Below, one piece after another: positions 50,109-57,987 of a stretch of DNA of 64,000 nt. Location: positions 1 to 64,000 of IMG/VR virus record IMGVR_UViG_3300022187_000017, one strand, 5' to 3'. The notes beneath the pieces are model-generated. The model was not told where the DNA came from. It searched no databases and saw nothing but the letters and a program-made list of their open reading frames with translations. The stretch's first letter is position 1, and every line of letters starts with the position of its first letter. Source of the stretch: a virus. A program made the position numbers and the translations under genes.

Positions 50109-50464
50109 AAGTAGACCATTTTAAGGATCTCCTCTTCCCACTCCTTGTAAGAAGGATCTAACTCAAACTTAAAAGTCTGAGGATTGTACTGTGAAGGATG
50201 AATAGCTGAATAATTCACCTCTCTCTTCACCTGATCAGAGGCTTTAAGATAATCAAGTATCTGCTCAATTCCCATCATAAACAAAGATGCAGAGAAATAC
50301 TTATCTACTGTCTCCATTTTAGATGTGTTCTTCTCCCCATTAAAGTAAGTCACTCTAATGATAGGCTTACCAGTATCAAGACACTTAAATGTGTCAACTG
50401 GGAAATCTAGACCTAGACTCTCTAGGCTCTTCTTAATTTCACTAATTGCTTTTTGTGATGTCAT
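50105..50464 (-). CDS. Hypothetical early protein (start revised to MTSQKAI)
   Basis: Track start runs through the promoter at 50484-50520. Confidence 0.55.
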   Translation of the reverse strand: MTSQKAISEIKKSLESLGLDFPVDTFKCLDTGKPIIRVTYFNGEKNTSKMETVDKYFSASLFMMGIEQILDYLKASDQVKREVNYSAIHPSQYNPQTFKFELDPSYKEWEEEILKMVYL

Positions 50465-50483
50465 AATTGTTGTTTTTAATTCT

Positions 50484-50520
50484 GGTGTAAATATAGTTAC
50501 TATATATTTACTGTGCAAAT
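50484..50520 (-). promoter_or_regulatory. Bacteroidota sigma-type early promoter
   Basis: TTTGCACAGTAAATATATAGTAACTATATTTAC. Confidence 0.72.
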
Positions 50521-50579
50521 TTATTTTTAGTGAAATGCCAAAATACCTTGTTAGCACCTATAAACACTAAGAAACTTTT

Positions 50580-50855
50580 TTAATATTTTATTTTTACATG
50601 AATCTCATCAAATAGCATTATGCTTAATGTATCACCATCTGATGTTGACATATTATTGATGTTAATAGCATCTATCATAGTCTGGCTGTAGCTGCAGTCT
50701 TTCATCTCTTCTCTGGCATTCTCTATCATCCATTCATACCACAGCTTGTGAATAGCATTATAATTTCTACCCCTTGGAGATAACTTCTTTCTAGGTATTG
50801 GAGTTAACTTCCTTCCTGATTTACTTCTGGGATCATCTGCTAACATTATCATCAT
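50580..50855 (-). CDS. Hypothetical protein
   Basis: 91 aa ORF after second PP-loop gene. Confidence 0.5.
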   Translation of the reverse strand: MMIMLADDPRSKSGRKLTPIPRKKLSPRGRNYNAIHKLWYEWMIENAREEMKDCSYSQTMIDAININNMSTSDGDTLSIMLFDEIHVKIKY

Positions 50856-50859
50856 ATCT

Positions 50860-51756
50860 CTAATATTTACTCATTACACAATGGCCATGGGACATCTTGT
50901 AGTCCACCAGCTCCTGCTCTGTCATATGCCCAAACTTCTCCAGAGCTGTTTTAAGGACTTCTGGGAGAGGATCTTTCTTACCCCACACACCAAGATTCTT
51001 TTCTTCCATGTGCTCATTAGCCTTCATCTTATTGGCCTCCAGCTTCACCCAGAGGTCATATGATGCTCTGTCATATCTATACAAGTACAATAACTCCTGC
51101 AGGCTCATGAATGGACATAAGATGCAATTGGAAGGATAAGGTACCTTCTCACCTACACTGGTGATGTAATCCTGACATGCTTGCCGATCCATACCCTCTT
51201 CAATCAATGGATACTGCTTATTGATGCAAGTATTAAACCATTTCATCCCACTGGAGCCATTCTCAGAGGCTCTCTTCTCTTCTCCCTTAGCAATGCCTAT
51301 AAGTACATTGATCTTCCCGTACTTCTCAGCAAACTCATAGAATGCTGCTTTCCTACCATACTTCTCAGTGTTGTAGTTGTGATGTACATACAGCTCTAGG
51401 AACTTGTAGATAGGCCTGATCTTCAGGTTATCTGTACAAGTCTTAGGGAATGCCTTAGATCCAACTGTATTTTTGCTCTGGTAGAATTTGATCAATCCAC
51501 CCTTCCAGCTATTGGATGCCCATAGATCAGGCTCCAGATGAAAGAATGGGATCTTATGCTCATCACATAGCTCTTCTACTCTCTCCAGATACTTATCAGT
51601 ATGATCATGCTCATTTCTGGTATTAGCCATAACCACAATAAGATCACCCTTCACATATTTGGCCTTGAATACTGGATCATGTAAACACTTAAAGAGGATG
51701 GCAGTTGAATCCTGCCCTCCTCCATAAGATAACATTGTAAGCTCTTTCTTCTCCAT
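50860..51756 (-). CDS. Second PAPS-reductase-like PP-loop protein (phage subfamily)
   Basis: SYGGGQDS, ANTRNEH, CTDNLKIRPI, IGIAKGEEKRA, YPLIE, SNCILCPF. Confidence 0.8.
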   Translation of the reverse strand: MEKKELTMLSYGGGQDSTAILFKCLHDPVFKAKYVKGDLIVVMANTRNEHDHTDKYLERVEELCDEHKIPFFHLEPDLWASNSWKGGLIKFYQSKNTVGSKAFPKTCTDNLKIRPIYKFLELYVHHNYNTEKYGRKAAFYEFAEKYGKINVLIGIAKGEEKRASENGSSGMKWFNTCINKQYPLIEEGMDRQACQDYITSVGEKVPYPSNCILCPFMSLQELLYLYRYDRASYDLWVKLEANKMKANEHMEEKNLGVWGKKDPLPEVLKTALEKFGHMTEQELVDYKMSHGHCVMSKY

Positions 51757-52079
51757 TACACTAAGCTATGTGCTGTTGCTTGAGAGATCACTGGAAGATC
51801 CTGTGCCTTCTTAACGATCAATTCTAGATCTGCTTCTGCTCTGTATAAAGATACTAGGTTCCCATCTTCTTTGGCCTCATCTGCATTCTCCTTGATAAAA
51901 GTATCACATAGCTCCATTAAATCATTGTATAAGAATCCATCCTGCAATCCATGAAGGCTATTGATGAAGTTATTAAACCCATGCCCATACTGTGAAAAAG
52001 TTCTGATTGTGTTACTTAGGAATGATAATTCGATTCTGTTGAAGTTCTCTTGTCTGTTGAAATTTGTGTAATTTGCCAT
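51756..52079 (-). CDS. Hypothetical early protein
   Basis: Behind promoter 52106-52141; TAATG coupled to PP-loop gene. Confidence 0.55.
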   Translation of the reverse strand: MANYTNFNRQENFNRIELSFLSNTIRTFSQYGHGFNNFINSLHGLQDGFLYNDLMELCDTFIKENADEAKEDGNLVSLYRAEADLELIVKKAQDLPVISQATAHSLV

Positions 52080-52105
52080 GATTTGATGTTTTTGTTGTTA
52101 TTAAT

Positions 52106-52141
52106 GATGTAAATATAGTTACTATATCTCATTCCTGCAAG
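52106..52141 (-). promoter_or_regulatory. Bacteroidota sigma-type early promoter
   Basis: CTTGCAGGAATGAGATATAGTAACTATATTTAC. Confidence 0.7.
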
Positions 52142-52291
52142 ACTTTTTTTACTTAAAACATCAAATAATTTATAACTCACTGATTACCAGTGAGAAAAAT
52201 ATGCATATTTTTTATGCATATCACCCATATATGTATAAAAAAGTGCATAAATGTATACATATATGCTAACAATGCATGATCTTTCATACCA

Positions 52292-52333
52292 ATAAAAAAG
52301 GGAGGATTTACGATCCATTACTGGATTCCTCCC
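52292..52333 (-). terminator. Terminator ending the tmRNA coding piece
   Basis: GGGAGGA-(ATCCA GTAA TGGAT CGTAAA)-TCCTCCC-TTTTTT. Confidence 0.8.
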
Positions 52334-52576
52334 ATACGTCTTATGCAGCCATTCTAAATGGTGCAGTAGATTGTTGTATAACTTCTGGAGTTATAATTAA
52401 AATAGCCTCCTTTATCGCTTCTTTACGCTGTCAAAACCAGTCTACCCCATGTTCCCAGATATAGTGCTGGGATCACTTCCACTTTTTAAACAACCTCCTT
52501 CTGGAGATAGTGGAGTAGATGGGAGTCGAACCCATGTCCAAACATAATCCACAATAATATCAACGAACTACTTTGC
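52292..52576 (-). ncRNA. ssrA: Circularly permuted (two-piece) tmRNA
   Basis: Minus-strand order: acceptor piece (~52576-52511, ...GGACATGGGTTCGACTCCCATCTACTCCA), 62-nt intervening segment (52510-52449), coding piece from GGGGTAGACTGGTTTTGACAG (52448) with tag ORF 52388-52341 PEVIQQSTAPFRMAA*. Acceptor stem GGGGTAG/CTACTCC has G3.U70 and A73. Confidence 0.92.
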
Positions 52577-52578
52577 TG

Positions 52579-52586
52579 TAAAGATA
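52579..52586 (-). promoter_or_regulatory. Putative -7 promoter element for tmRNA
   Basis: TATCTTTA (TAnnTTTR) a few nt upstream of the acceptor piece. Confidence 0.5.
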
Positions 52587-52649
52587 GTAAATCTATCGCT
52601 TTGTATATGATTTCGTTTTAATGAATTATATACTTTGTTGTGTGTAGTT

Positions 52650-52712
52650 TTATACCCGATAAGGTATAATATATGATACATTAACCTATATTATACCCGA
52701 TAAGGTATAATA
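52650..52712. repeat. Two 22-bp direct repeats, each an imperfect palindrome (TTATACC-CGATAA-GGTATAA)
   Basis: ttatacccgataaggtataata at 52650-52671 and 52691-52712. Confidence 0.85.
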
Positions 52713-52725
52713 ACTCACTCATAAA

Positions 52726-53325
52726 TTACACACAACTCTTTATATGATTATCTAGAAGATAAAAACATACATCTGGCTTTCTGGCCTCATCATCATTATA
52801 GTCTATAGGCATCCCTACAGCCTCTTCTACAGTCTTAACCACTATTGTATGCTTCAATCCATATTCCTCTATTAAATGATCATCCCTACCTCCATAACTA
52901 GCTGTTAGGACTAAATTGGAAGGGATCTCATCTATTCTGGCTACCCAATATCTCAGAGACTTTGTATATGCCCAGAATTCAACCTCTGGATGATCTCTAC
53001 ATAACTGCAGCCACATGTCAAAGTATTTCTGGGAGAAGAAGTCTCCAGATGAATGGATCCTTACTGACTCACATTTATTGGGAATCACTGGGATCCCTCC
53101 AGCTCTTGCAAAATCAAAGTTATCCCATCTATGATCTCTCACTGCTGGGAATCTCTCTGCACTGGCTGCATAACATCTATATGCATCACTGCTGTTCTCA
53201 AACTTACCTGTCTCCCTGTCTACCTTCACTAAGCATTCCTCAGCAAATGGACAGGTATGGCCTGTTGGCATGTTCCATTCAAATACTACACCAGTGTAAT
53301 ATTTAGTCTTTCTTGTAAACTTCAT
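52726..53325 (-). CDS. Gp88-like (radical-SAM-related) protein
   Basis: TCPFA..C...CYA, VRIHSSGDFFS, FWAYTKS, PSNLVLTAS motifs. Confidence 0.8.
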   Translation of the reverse strand: MKFTRKTKYYTGVVFEWNMPTGHTCPFAEECLVKVDRETGKFENSSDAYRCYAASAERFPAVRDHRWDNFDFARAGGIPVIPNKCESVRIHSSGDFFSQKYFDMWLQLCRDHPEVEFWAYTKSLRYWVARIDEIPSNLVLTASYGGRDDHLIEEYGLKHTIVVKTVEEAVGMPIDYNDDEARKPDVCFYLLDNHIKSCV

Positions 53326-53378
53326 AGTTCATTATTTATTAGTGTTCATGTTACATGAACAGTCCTCTAGACTGAACA

Positions 53379-53795
53379 TTATGCTGGAATATACTCTCCA
53401 GACTCTTCTCTATCATTCCTGAAGAAGATCCCTCCAGCATAGTGCTCATAAGACCTCTTCACTTTAATGTCTTGCCATCCCTTATAATCTGGGATCAATC
53501 TATACACTAGCTCTGCATAGCACTTCACATCTATACCATTGGGTACATAGATAGTCATCAACTTAGTTGACTGCTCTGGATCCTTCTTATCGATCAGCTT
53601 TTGAGTCCCCACCTTGAATGGAGCTTTAGTGTAATATAGGAATCCCTTCAATGCATCATACAGAAACATAGCATCCTGAACTGTCTTACCTTGGATAGAA
53701 AGTTTCCATCCATCAGATGTTTCTGAGTCTGTATTGACCATTAGGAAGTATCTGTTACTGTCCTTCAATTCGTTATATAGTGCTGGTGTTGCCAT
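53379..53795 (-). CDS. Hypothetical protein resembling OspF/LanKC-lyase-like domain
   Basis: GWKLSIQ...PFKV...KLMTIYVP spacing matches the GWKxHxS/FK/KxxTIYP pattern. Confidence 0.5.
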   Translation of the reverse strand: MATPALYNELKDSNRYFLMVNTDSETSDGWKLSIQGKTVQDAMFLYDALKGFLYYTKAPFKVGTQKLIDKKDPEQSTKLMTIYVPNGIDVKCYAELVYRLIPDYKGWQDIKVKRSYEHYAGGIFFRNDREESGEYIPA

Positions 53796-53798
53796 AGT

Positions 53799-54023
53799 CT
53801 ATCTCTCTTCTATTGTTACTGCAGTGTCATATACTGCCACTGGATACTTCTTCAGCCTACCACTGATATCTCTCTTCTCTTCAGATCCTGCAGATGTTAC
53901 TGTCTGCTTCTGAGTCTGCTTCAGAAATGTCATTGCCTTCCCATGAGTTGGAAAATGAACCTCAGACCTCATTAATGTGAGGCCTGTGATCCTGTCTTTA
54001 TGTGTTACTGTGATGTGTATCAT
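53799..54023 (-). CDS. Hypothetical protein
   Basis: 74 aa. Confidence 0.5.
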   Translation of the reverse strand: MIHITVTHKDRITGLTLMRSEVHFPTHGKAMTFLKQTQKQTVTSAGSEEKRDISGRLKKYPVAVYDTAVTIEER

Positions 54024-54026
54024 AGC

Positions 54027-54158
54027 TTAGTTGCTTAAAGTTTGTATTGCATCCTCATAAGATAGATCTTCTCCTCTTTCCTCTGCCTGCATCATGGCTA
54101 ATCTAGCCAAGTGATGTAGATCTAATCCTATTAAAAACTCTCTTTTTTCTGTTGTCAT
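54027..54158 (-). CDS. Small early protein (43 aa, MTTEKREFLIG...)
   Basis: Hand-translated; directly behind promoter 54183-54218. Confidence 0.55.
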   Translation of the reverse strand: MTTEKREFLIGLDLHHLARLAMMQAEERGEDLSYEDAIQTLSN

Positions 54159-54182
54159 GATATGCTATTTTGCTGTTATTCT

Positions 54183-54218
54183 GGTGTAAATATATACTAA
54201 CTATATTTAATACACAAC
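54183..54218 (-). promoter_or_regulatory. Bacteroidota sigma-type early promoter
   Basis: GTTGTGTATTAAATATAGTTAGTATATATTTAC. Confidence 0.65.
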
Positions 54219-54234
54219 AAAAAAGTGAAAAACT

Positions 54235-54465
54235 TTATGAACTTTGTCTATTCTTCTTATAGGAATGAGAGTCTATCTGGTGCTTATAGATCACCCTCAG
54301 CAGGCCTGTATATCCATATGGCTTATTCTCTGGACATAGGATCTTCTGTGCTTTCTTCACACTCCCTTTAGTCTTTTTGAGTGCTGCAATGATCATCCTC
54401 TTCTCTCCTGCAAAGAGGTTAAATTCCCCTTTGTACATATTTGGTGTATATAATTTATCAGCCAT
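54235..54465 (-). CDS. Fis-like HTH DNA-binding protein
   Basis: EKRMIIAALKKTKGSVKKAQKIL...L.R.I.KH.I (HTH_8 pattern). Confidence 0.6.
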   Translation of the reverse strand: MADKLYTPNMYKGEFNLFAGEKRMIIAALKKTKGSVKKAQKILCPENKPYGYTGLLRVIYKHQIDSHSYKKNRQSS

Positions 54466-55327
54466 TATCCTAGTATTTTTAATCTCTCAATATCCTTCTT
54501 TGTTGCCATATAAAACATCTCTCTGAGTTGCTTGAATGTTAGATCTCTCAATCTCTTAGTTCCATAATAACTCTGAAAATCTTCCATGTGCTTATCCTTA
54601 TACTCCAGCAGGTAGTATTTAATTCTACTAGGTATTTGATCTAATGGATCTGTTTTTTTTGGAGTATTCTCCCCTTCCCATGTTCCACTCATAACTTCTC
54701 TTTTAGTTCTCTCATGATTTCTGTTTATTTACCCATTTAATTGCATTCTTATGATCTTTAATCTCTTCTATGAGTCCTTTGTACTCTGGATCCAGTTCCT
54801 CTTCAGGGAGTATTCCATGTCCCATTCCTACCAGTTCTCTTTCATAGTGTTCCATAGTAGTCTTTAGTAACCTTAATGCTAATGCTTTACTCATGATTAC
54901 TTATAATTACGATTAACTAAGTAGCTACTTAGCGTTAATGGCTTAGGGCATTCCTCTAATGGCTTTCTACTGTGTATATGCCCATTGAAACTTTGCTTAG
55001 TTACTTCAGTACTAAACCCCAAACTACACCCAAAAGATGTTAAGGCTCTACAGTTGTTACAATTTCTTTTCATTCCCATCTCTATCCTTCTTTTATTTTA
55101 AATACACTCCAGCCTTTAGGATTGCCATCTGGATCCACTGTTCTTAGTGTCCCTGCTGCACCCATTAGAAGATACTCAAATGTACCTCCCATCATGTCTA
55201 TGAAGATCTGAGTAACTCTACTCCCACCTCTCATGTATGATATCCCTCTGGTATAATCAGAAGGCTCCAGAAAGACATTTGGATGTCTCACTGGAGTCTC
55301 TTGGTTTAAGTATTGATCTAATGTCAT
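54465..55327 (-). CDS. Cluster of four small hypothetical ORFs (54465-54692, 54712-54894, 54897-55079 Cys-rich, 55082-55327)
   Basis: Tightly packed, same strand. Confidence 0.5.
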
Positions 55328-55983
55328 TACTTGATCTTTCTAGTGGTTACAATGAACCTGTGATGAGGAGCTACTAAATGACCATCTACCCAGATGAATC
55401 TGCAATGGAACTCTTGAGTCTCCTGTTGGATAAGGATCTCTAATTCGCTCCCTCTAGCTCTTGCTGTTGATAATGTCATCTTCTCAGTTGACTTGGCCTC
55501 AGATAATACTCTTAATACCAGCTTATCAAATCTCTGGATCCAACCTTTGTTGGCCTCAGTCATAAATTTGAACTTAGTCAATGACTCTCTTCCAATCATT
55601 ATTCTAGTTGCATTCAGCTTATCCCACTCTCCCATTATAGTCCACTTGGATACTGGAGTATTTAACCACTCTTCTCTCTGTCTATCACTAAACTTCTGGT
55701 AAGAATTTCCATATCTACCATTGTCATAAGGAGCACTCTGACCTAGATCTCCTCTTGTGATAACATCTGTATACTTCTCAGCTGCTGCCTCTCTTGATTC
55801 AGCATCAACTATCATTAACTCCTCTTCAAGATCTTCTAACTGATCCCAATGGTAGTTAGTATACGCTGTCATAAATTTGTTCTCAAAGTCTCTTAGCATC
55901 TTGGCTAATTTCATCTCTAGATTAGACTTCTGAATTCTTCTTCTTTTTACTTCTGCTTGTGATAATTCCTTAATTAGTGTCAT
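55327..55983 (-). CDS. Hypothetical early protein
   Basis: 218 aa behind promoter 56011-56046. Confidence 0.6.
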   Translation of the reverse strand: MTLIKELSQAEVKRRRIQKSNLEMKLAKMLRDFENKFMTAYTNYHWDQLEDLEEELMIVDAESREAAAEKYTDVITRGDLGQSAPYDNGRYGNSYQKFSDRQREEWLNTPVSKWTIMGEWDKLNATRIMIGRESLTKFKFMTEANKGWIQRFDKLVLRVLSEAKSTEKMTLSTARARGSELEILIQQETQEFHCRFIWVDGHLVAPHHRFIVTTRKIK

Positions 55984-56010
55984 AATATGATATTTATTTG
56001 TTGTTAATAT

Positions 56011-56046
56011 GGTGCTAAAATATAGTTAATATATTTACTGTGCAAG
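56011..56046 (-). promoter_or_regulatory. Bacteroidota sigma-type early promoter
   Basis: CTTGCACAGTAAATATATTAACTATATTTTAG. Confidence 0.7.
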
Positions 56047-56474
56047 AAAAAGATGATTTATTTTCACTTTAAATGAATAACACCTCCTTAGAATACCATT
56101 ATTCAACCTCATCACATAAGAATAGTGACATTTGTCATAGCCTTCATAGTGATCCTTAACATAGGCAATAGCATCAAAATAGTGATCTGCCATTACTGTC
56201 ACATAAGTACTTCCAGAGGATCCATAGATCCCCTTATTGAATACTTCCTCGGTTCCTTGATATGGATATGTCCCAGCAAAATACATTATCTACCTATTGA
56301 TTTTAATACTGTGTTAACCTCTCCTAGGTCTTGAGCTTCTTCTTTAGTTGAAGAATATCCAGTATTGTAGTCTCTATCACTACTGTCTATTAGATGAAAC
56401 TTCTCTGATCTGGTTCCATAAATGATCTTCTCTTCTGGCTTACAATTTGCTAATGCTTTGATAAATGTATACAT
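56035..56474 (-). CDS. Two small hypothetical ORFs (56035-56286; 56286-56474 with start revised to MYTFIK)
   Basis: TAATG coupling; behind promoter 56489-56526. Confidence 0.5.
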
Positions 56475-56488
56475 AATTTGTTGTTTTA

Positions 56489-56526
56489 GGCTACTAAAAT
56501 ATAACAAGTATATTTAATACGCAAAT
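56489..56526 (-). promoter_or_regulatory. Bacteroidota sigma-type early promoter
   Basis: TTTGCGTATTAAATATACTTGTTATATTTTAG. Confidence 0.7.
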
Positions 56527-56532
56527 AAAACA

Positions 56533-57366
56533 TCATTTATTTTTATCTACCAGTACCATCCCATAGTCATTTACTCCCTCTGGGATCTGTAGGCCCTGCT
56601 TCTTGATCATCTCATTATTCTTGAATCCACTATAATTCACCTGATGATGCCATCTCTCATACCTCCAGACTACCTTCACAACATCAGGATGCTGCCTCTG
56701 GAGACTCTCAGCAAACTCTTTCCTGTTATTGGTGTCTTTATATACCTCATCAGTATTGCCTCCCTTCATCTTCATTGTTGTGGCCTTCTGCTGTATGAAT
56801 GCATTGAATAGGACTGTTGGATGCCCATCCTTCAGGATCCTAAGACATAGATCTGTATCCTCATTGTACTTACCTCTCCACCTGTACTCCAGATCATTCT
56901 TGATCAATGTGCAGCTGTAGATCCTGTTATTCCTTGAGAATGCTGGCATGACTGTCTTGGCCTTGGCAAAGTGATCATACTGGAATCCTGCTAGTGCTAT
57001 GTTCTCATATCGATCTACAAAGATCTCTGCACACCTGAAGATAGTGCCATCTGTCACCTTCACCTGCAGGTTCCTGTTGAGTCTATTGAACTGCTCTATA
57101 TTGTCATCTAATAACCAGTGCCTCTCATGGCCTTCTGCAATAGAATGCTCCCAGACATAGTTTCTAGCTGGAATGGATCCCTGCCCTAAATTACTGAATG
57201 GGAGCTTTAATATCTTCTCTGGATCAATTACCTCAGCATAGCTATCATACTCCTGTGGCTCCACAACTATACGATAAGGGACTTTCATCCTCTCCAGAGT
57301 CTTAGATGTCATCCTTGACTTCCATCTGCCTTTAGAAATGATATAAACTGGATATTTAGGATTCAT
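56533..57366 (-). CDS. GREB1/TAGT-like GT-A glycosyltransferase (candidate DNA-base modifier)
   Basis: YPVYIISKGR, VVEPQEY..Y, ARNYVWEH, WLLDDNI, YNEDTDL, KGGNT motifs. Confidence 0.8.
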   Translation of the reverse strand: MNPKYPVYIISKGRWKSRMTSKTLERMKVPYRIVVEPQEYDSYAEVIDPEKILKLPFSNLGQGSIPARNYVWEHSIAEGHERHWLLDDNIEQFNRLNRNLQVKVTDGTIFRCAEIFVDRYENIALAGFQYDHFAKAKTVMPAFSRNNRIYSCTLIKNDLEYRWRGKYNEDTDLCLRILKDGHPTVLFNAFIQQKATTMKMKGGNTDEVYKDTNNRKEFAESLQRQHPDVVKVVWRYERWHHQVNYSGFKNNEMIKKQGLQIPEGVNDYGMVLVDKNK

Positions 57367-57589
57367 CTCCTCTATACTCTAGATGTGCATATCTCCTAGG
57401 TGCCATATATGGATACCATAGTGACTTCTGCTTTGGAGTGATCTTCTGCTTCATGAGCTCTTCAAACTCCTTCACATCTTCATCATTCCTGAAGTGAACT
57501 ACTATCTTTCTCTTGGAAGTGAGATCCTCTTGATGGAATTCTGGCATATCTTTCCAGTCCTCCTTCCATGACTCATCCTTCTTGGCCAT
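57356..57589 (-). CDS. Small partner protein of the glycosyltransferase
   Basis: WKDMPEF.QED...VHFRN.EDV..F...KSLWYP; overlaps the GT start. Confidence 0.6.
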   Translation of the reverse strand: MAKKDESWKEDWKDMPEFHQEDLTSKRKIVVHFRNDEDVKEFEELMKQKITPKQKSLWYPYMAPRRYAHLEYRGDES

Positions 57590-57590
57590 C

Positions 57591-57974
57591 CTATTGAGTC
57601 TTTCCTAGCTCCTCTACTACAGCCTTATTGGACTGCTTCTGGATCTCAGCCATACCCAATAGACCTCTTACATTGGTGAAGTCTGCATATATTGTGAACT
57701 TACCATTAGTTACCATTGGCTTGAGTACTCCTAACATTATATTATATACATCAGCTGGAACACCATGCACTGGCATGACCAATCTCCATGGCTCTACATT
57801 CTTCTTCTCCTTCTTACAGTCATCAATATATCCCTTATTGATACTCATTAACTTCTCCTCCCAGTCTCTTACATTAGACTTTAGGTAGGCATCCAGCATC
57901 TTATTAGCTCTATCTACTCTTCTGAGTGTACCCCTACTGTTCTGTTGTACAAATAATTTTAATTTTTTTGCCAT
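57591..57974 (-). CDS. Hypothetical protein (start revised to MAKKLKL)
   Basis: Track start overlaps the upstream ORF; A-rich leader before 57974. Confidence 0.55.
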   Translation of the reverse strand: MAKKLKLFVQQNSRGTLRRVDRANKMLDAYLKSNVRDWEEKLMSINKGYIDDCKKEKKNVEPWRLVMPVHGVPADVYNIMLGVLKPMVTNGKFTIYADFTNVRGLLGMAEIQKQSNKAVVEELGKTQ

Positions 57975-57987
57975 TGTCTCTATTTTA

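Noticed and set aside
49320-51756. Sulfate-assimilation auxiliary metabolic genes (cysH)
   Set aside because: No cysD/N/C context, and the neighbourhood fits nucleic-acid modification better, so the gene symbol was withheld
52276-52464. 62-aa plus-strand ORF over the tmRNA
   Set aside because: Antisense shadow of the tmRNA coding piece
52511-52540. tRNA gene, or attP remnant of a host tmRNA 3' end
   Set aside because: No anticodon arm. The matching 5' half, tag ORF, promoter element and terminator are all present and pair specifically, and no integrase is visible, so a complete permuted tmRNA fits better
52650-52712. CRISPR array
   Set aside because: Only two repeats with a 19-bp spacer and no cas genes in the window
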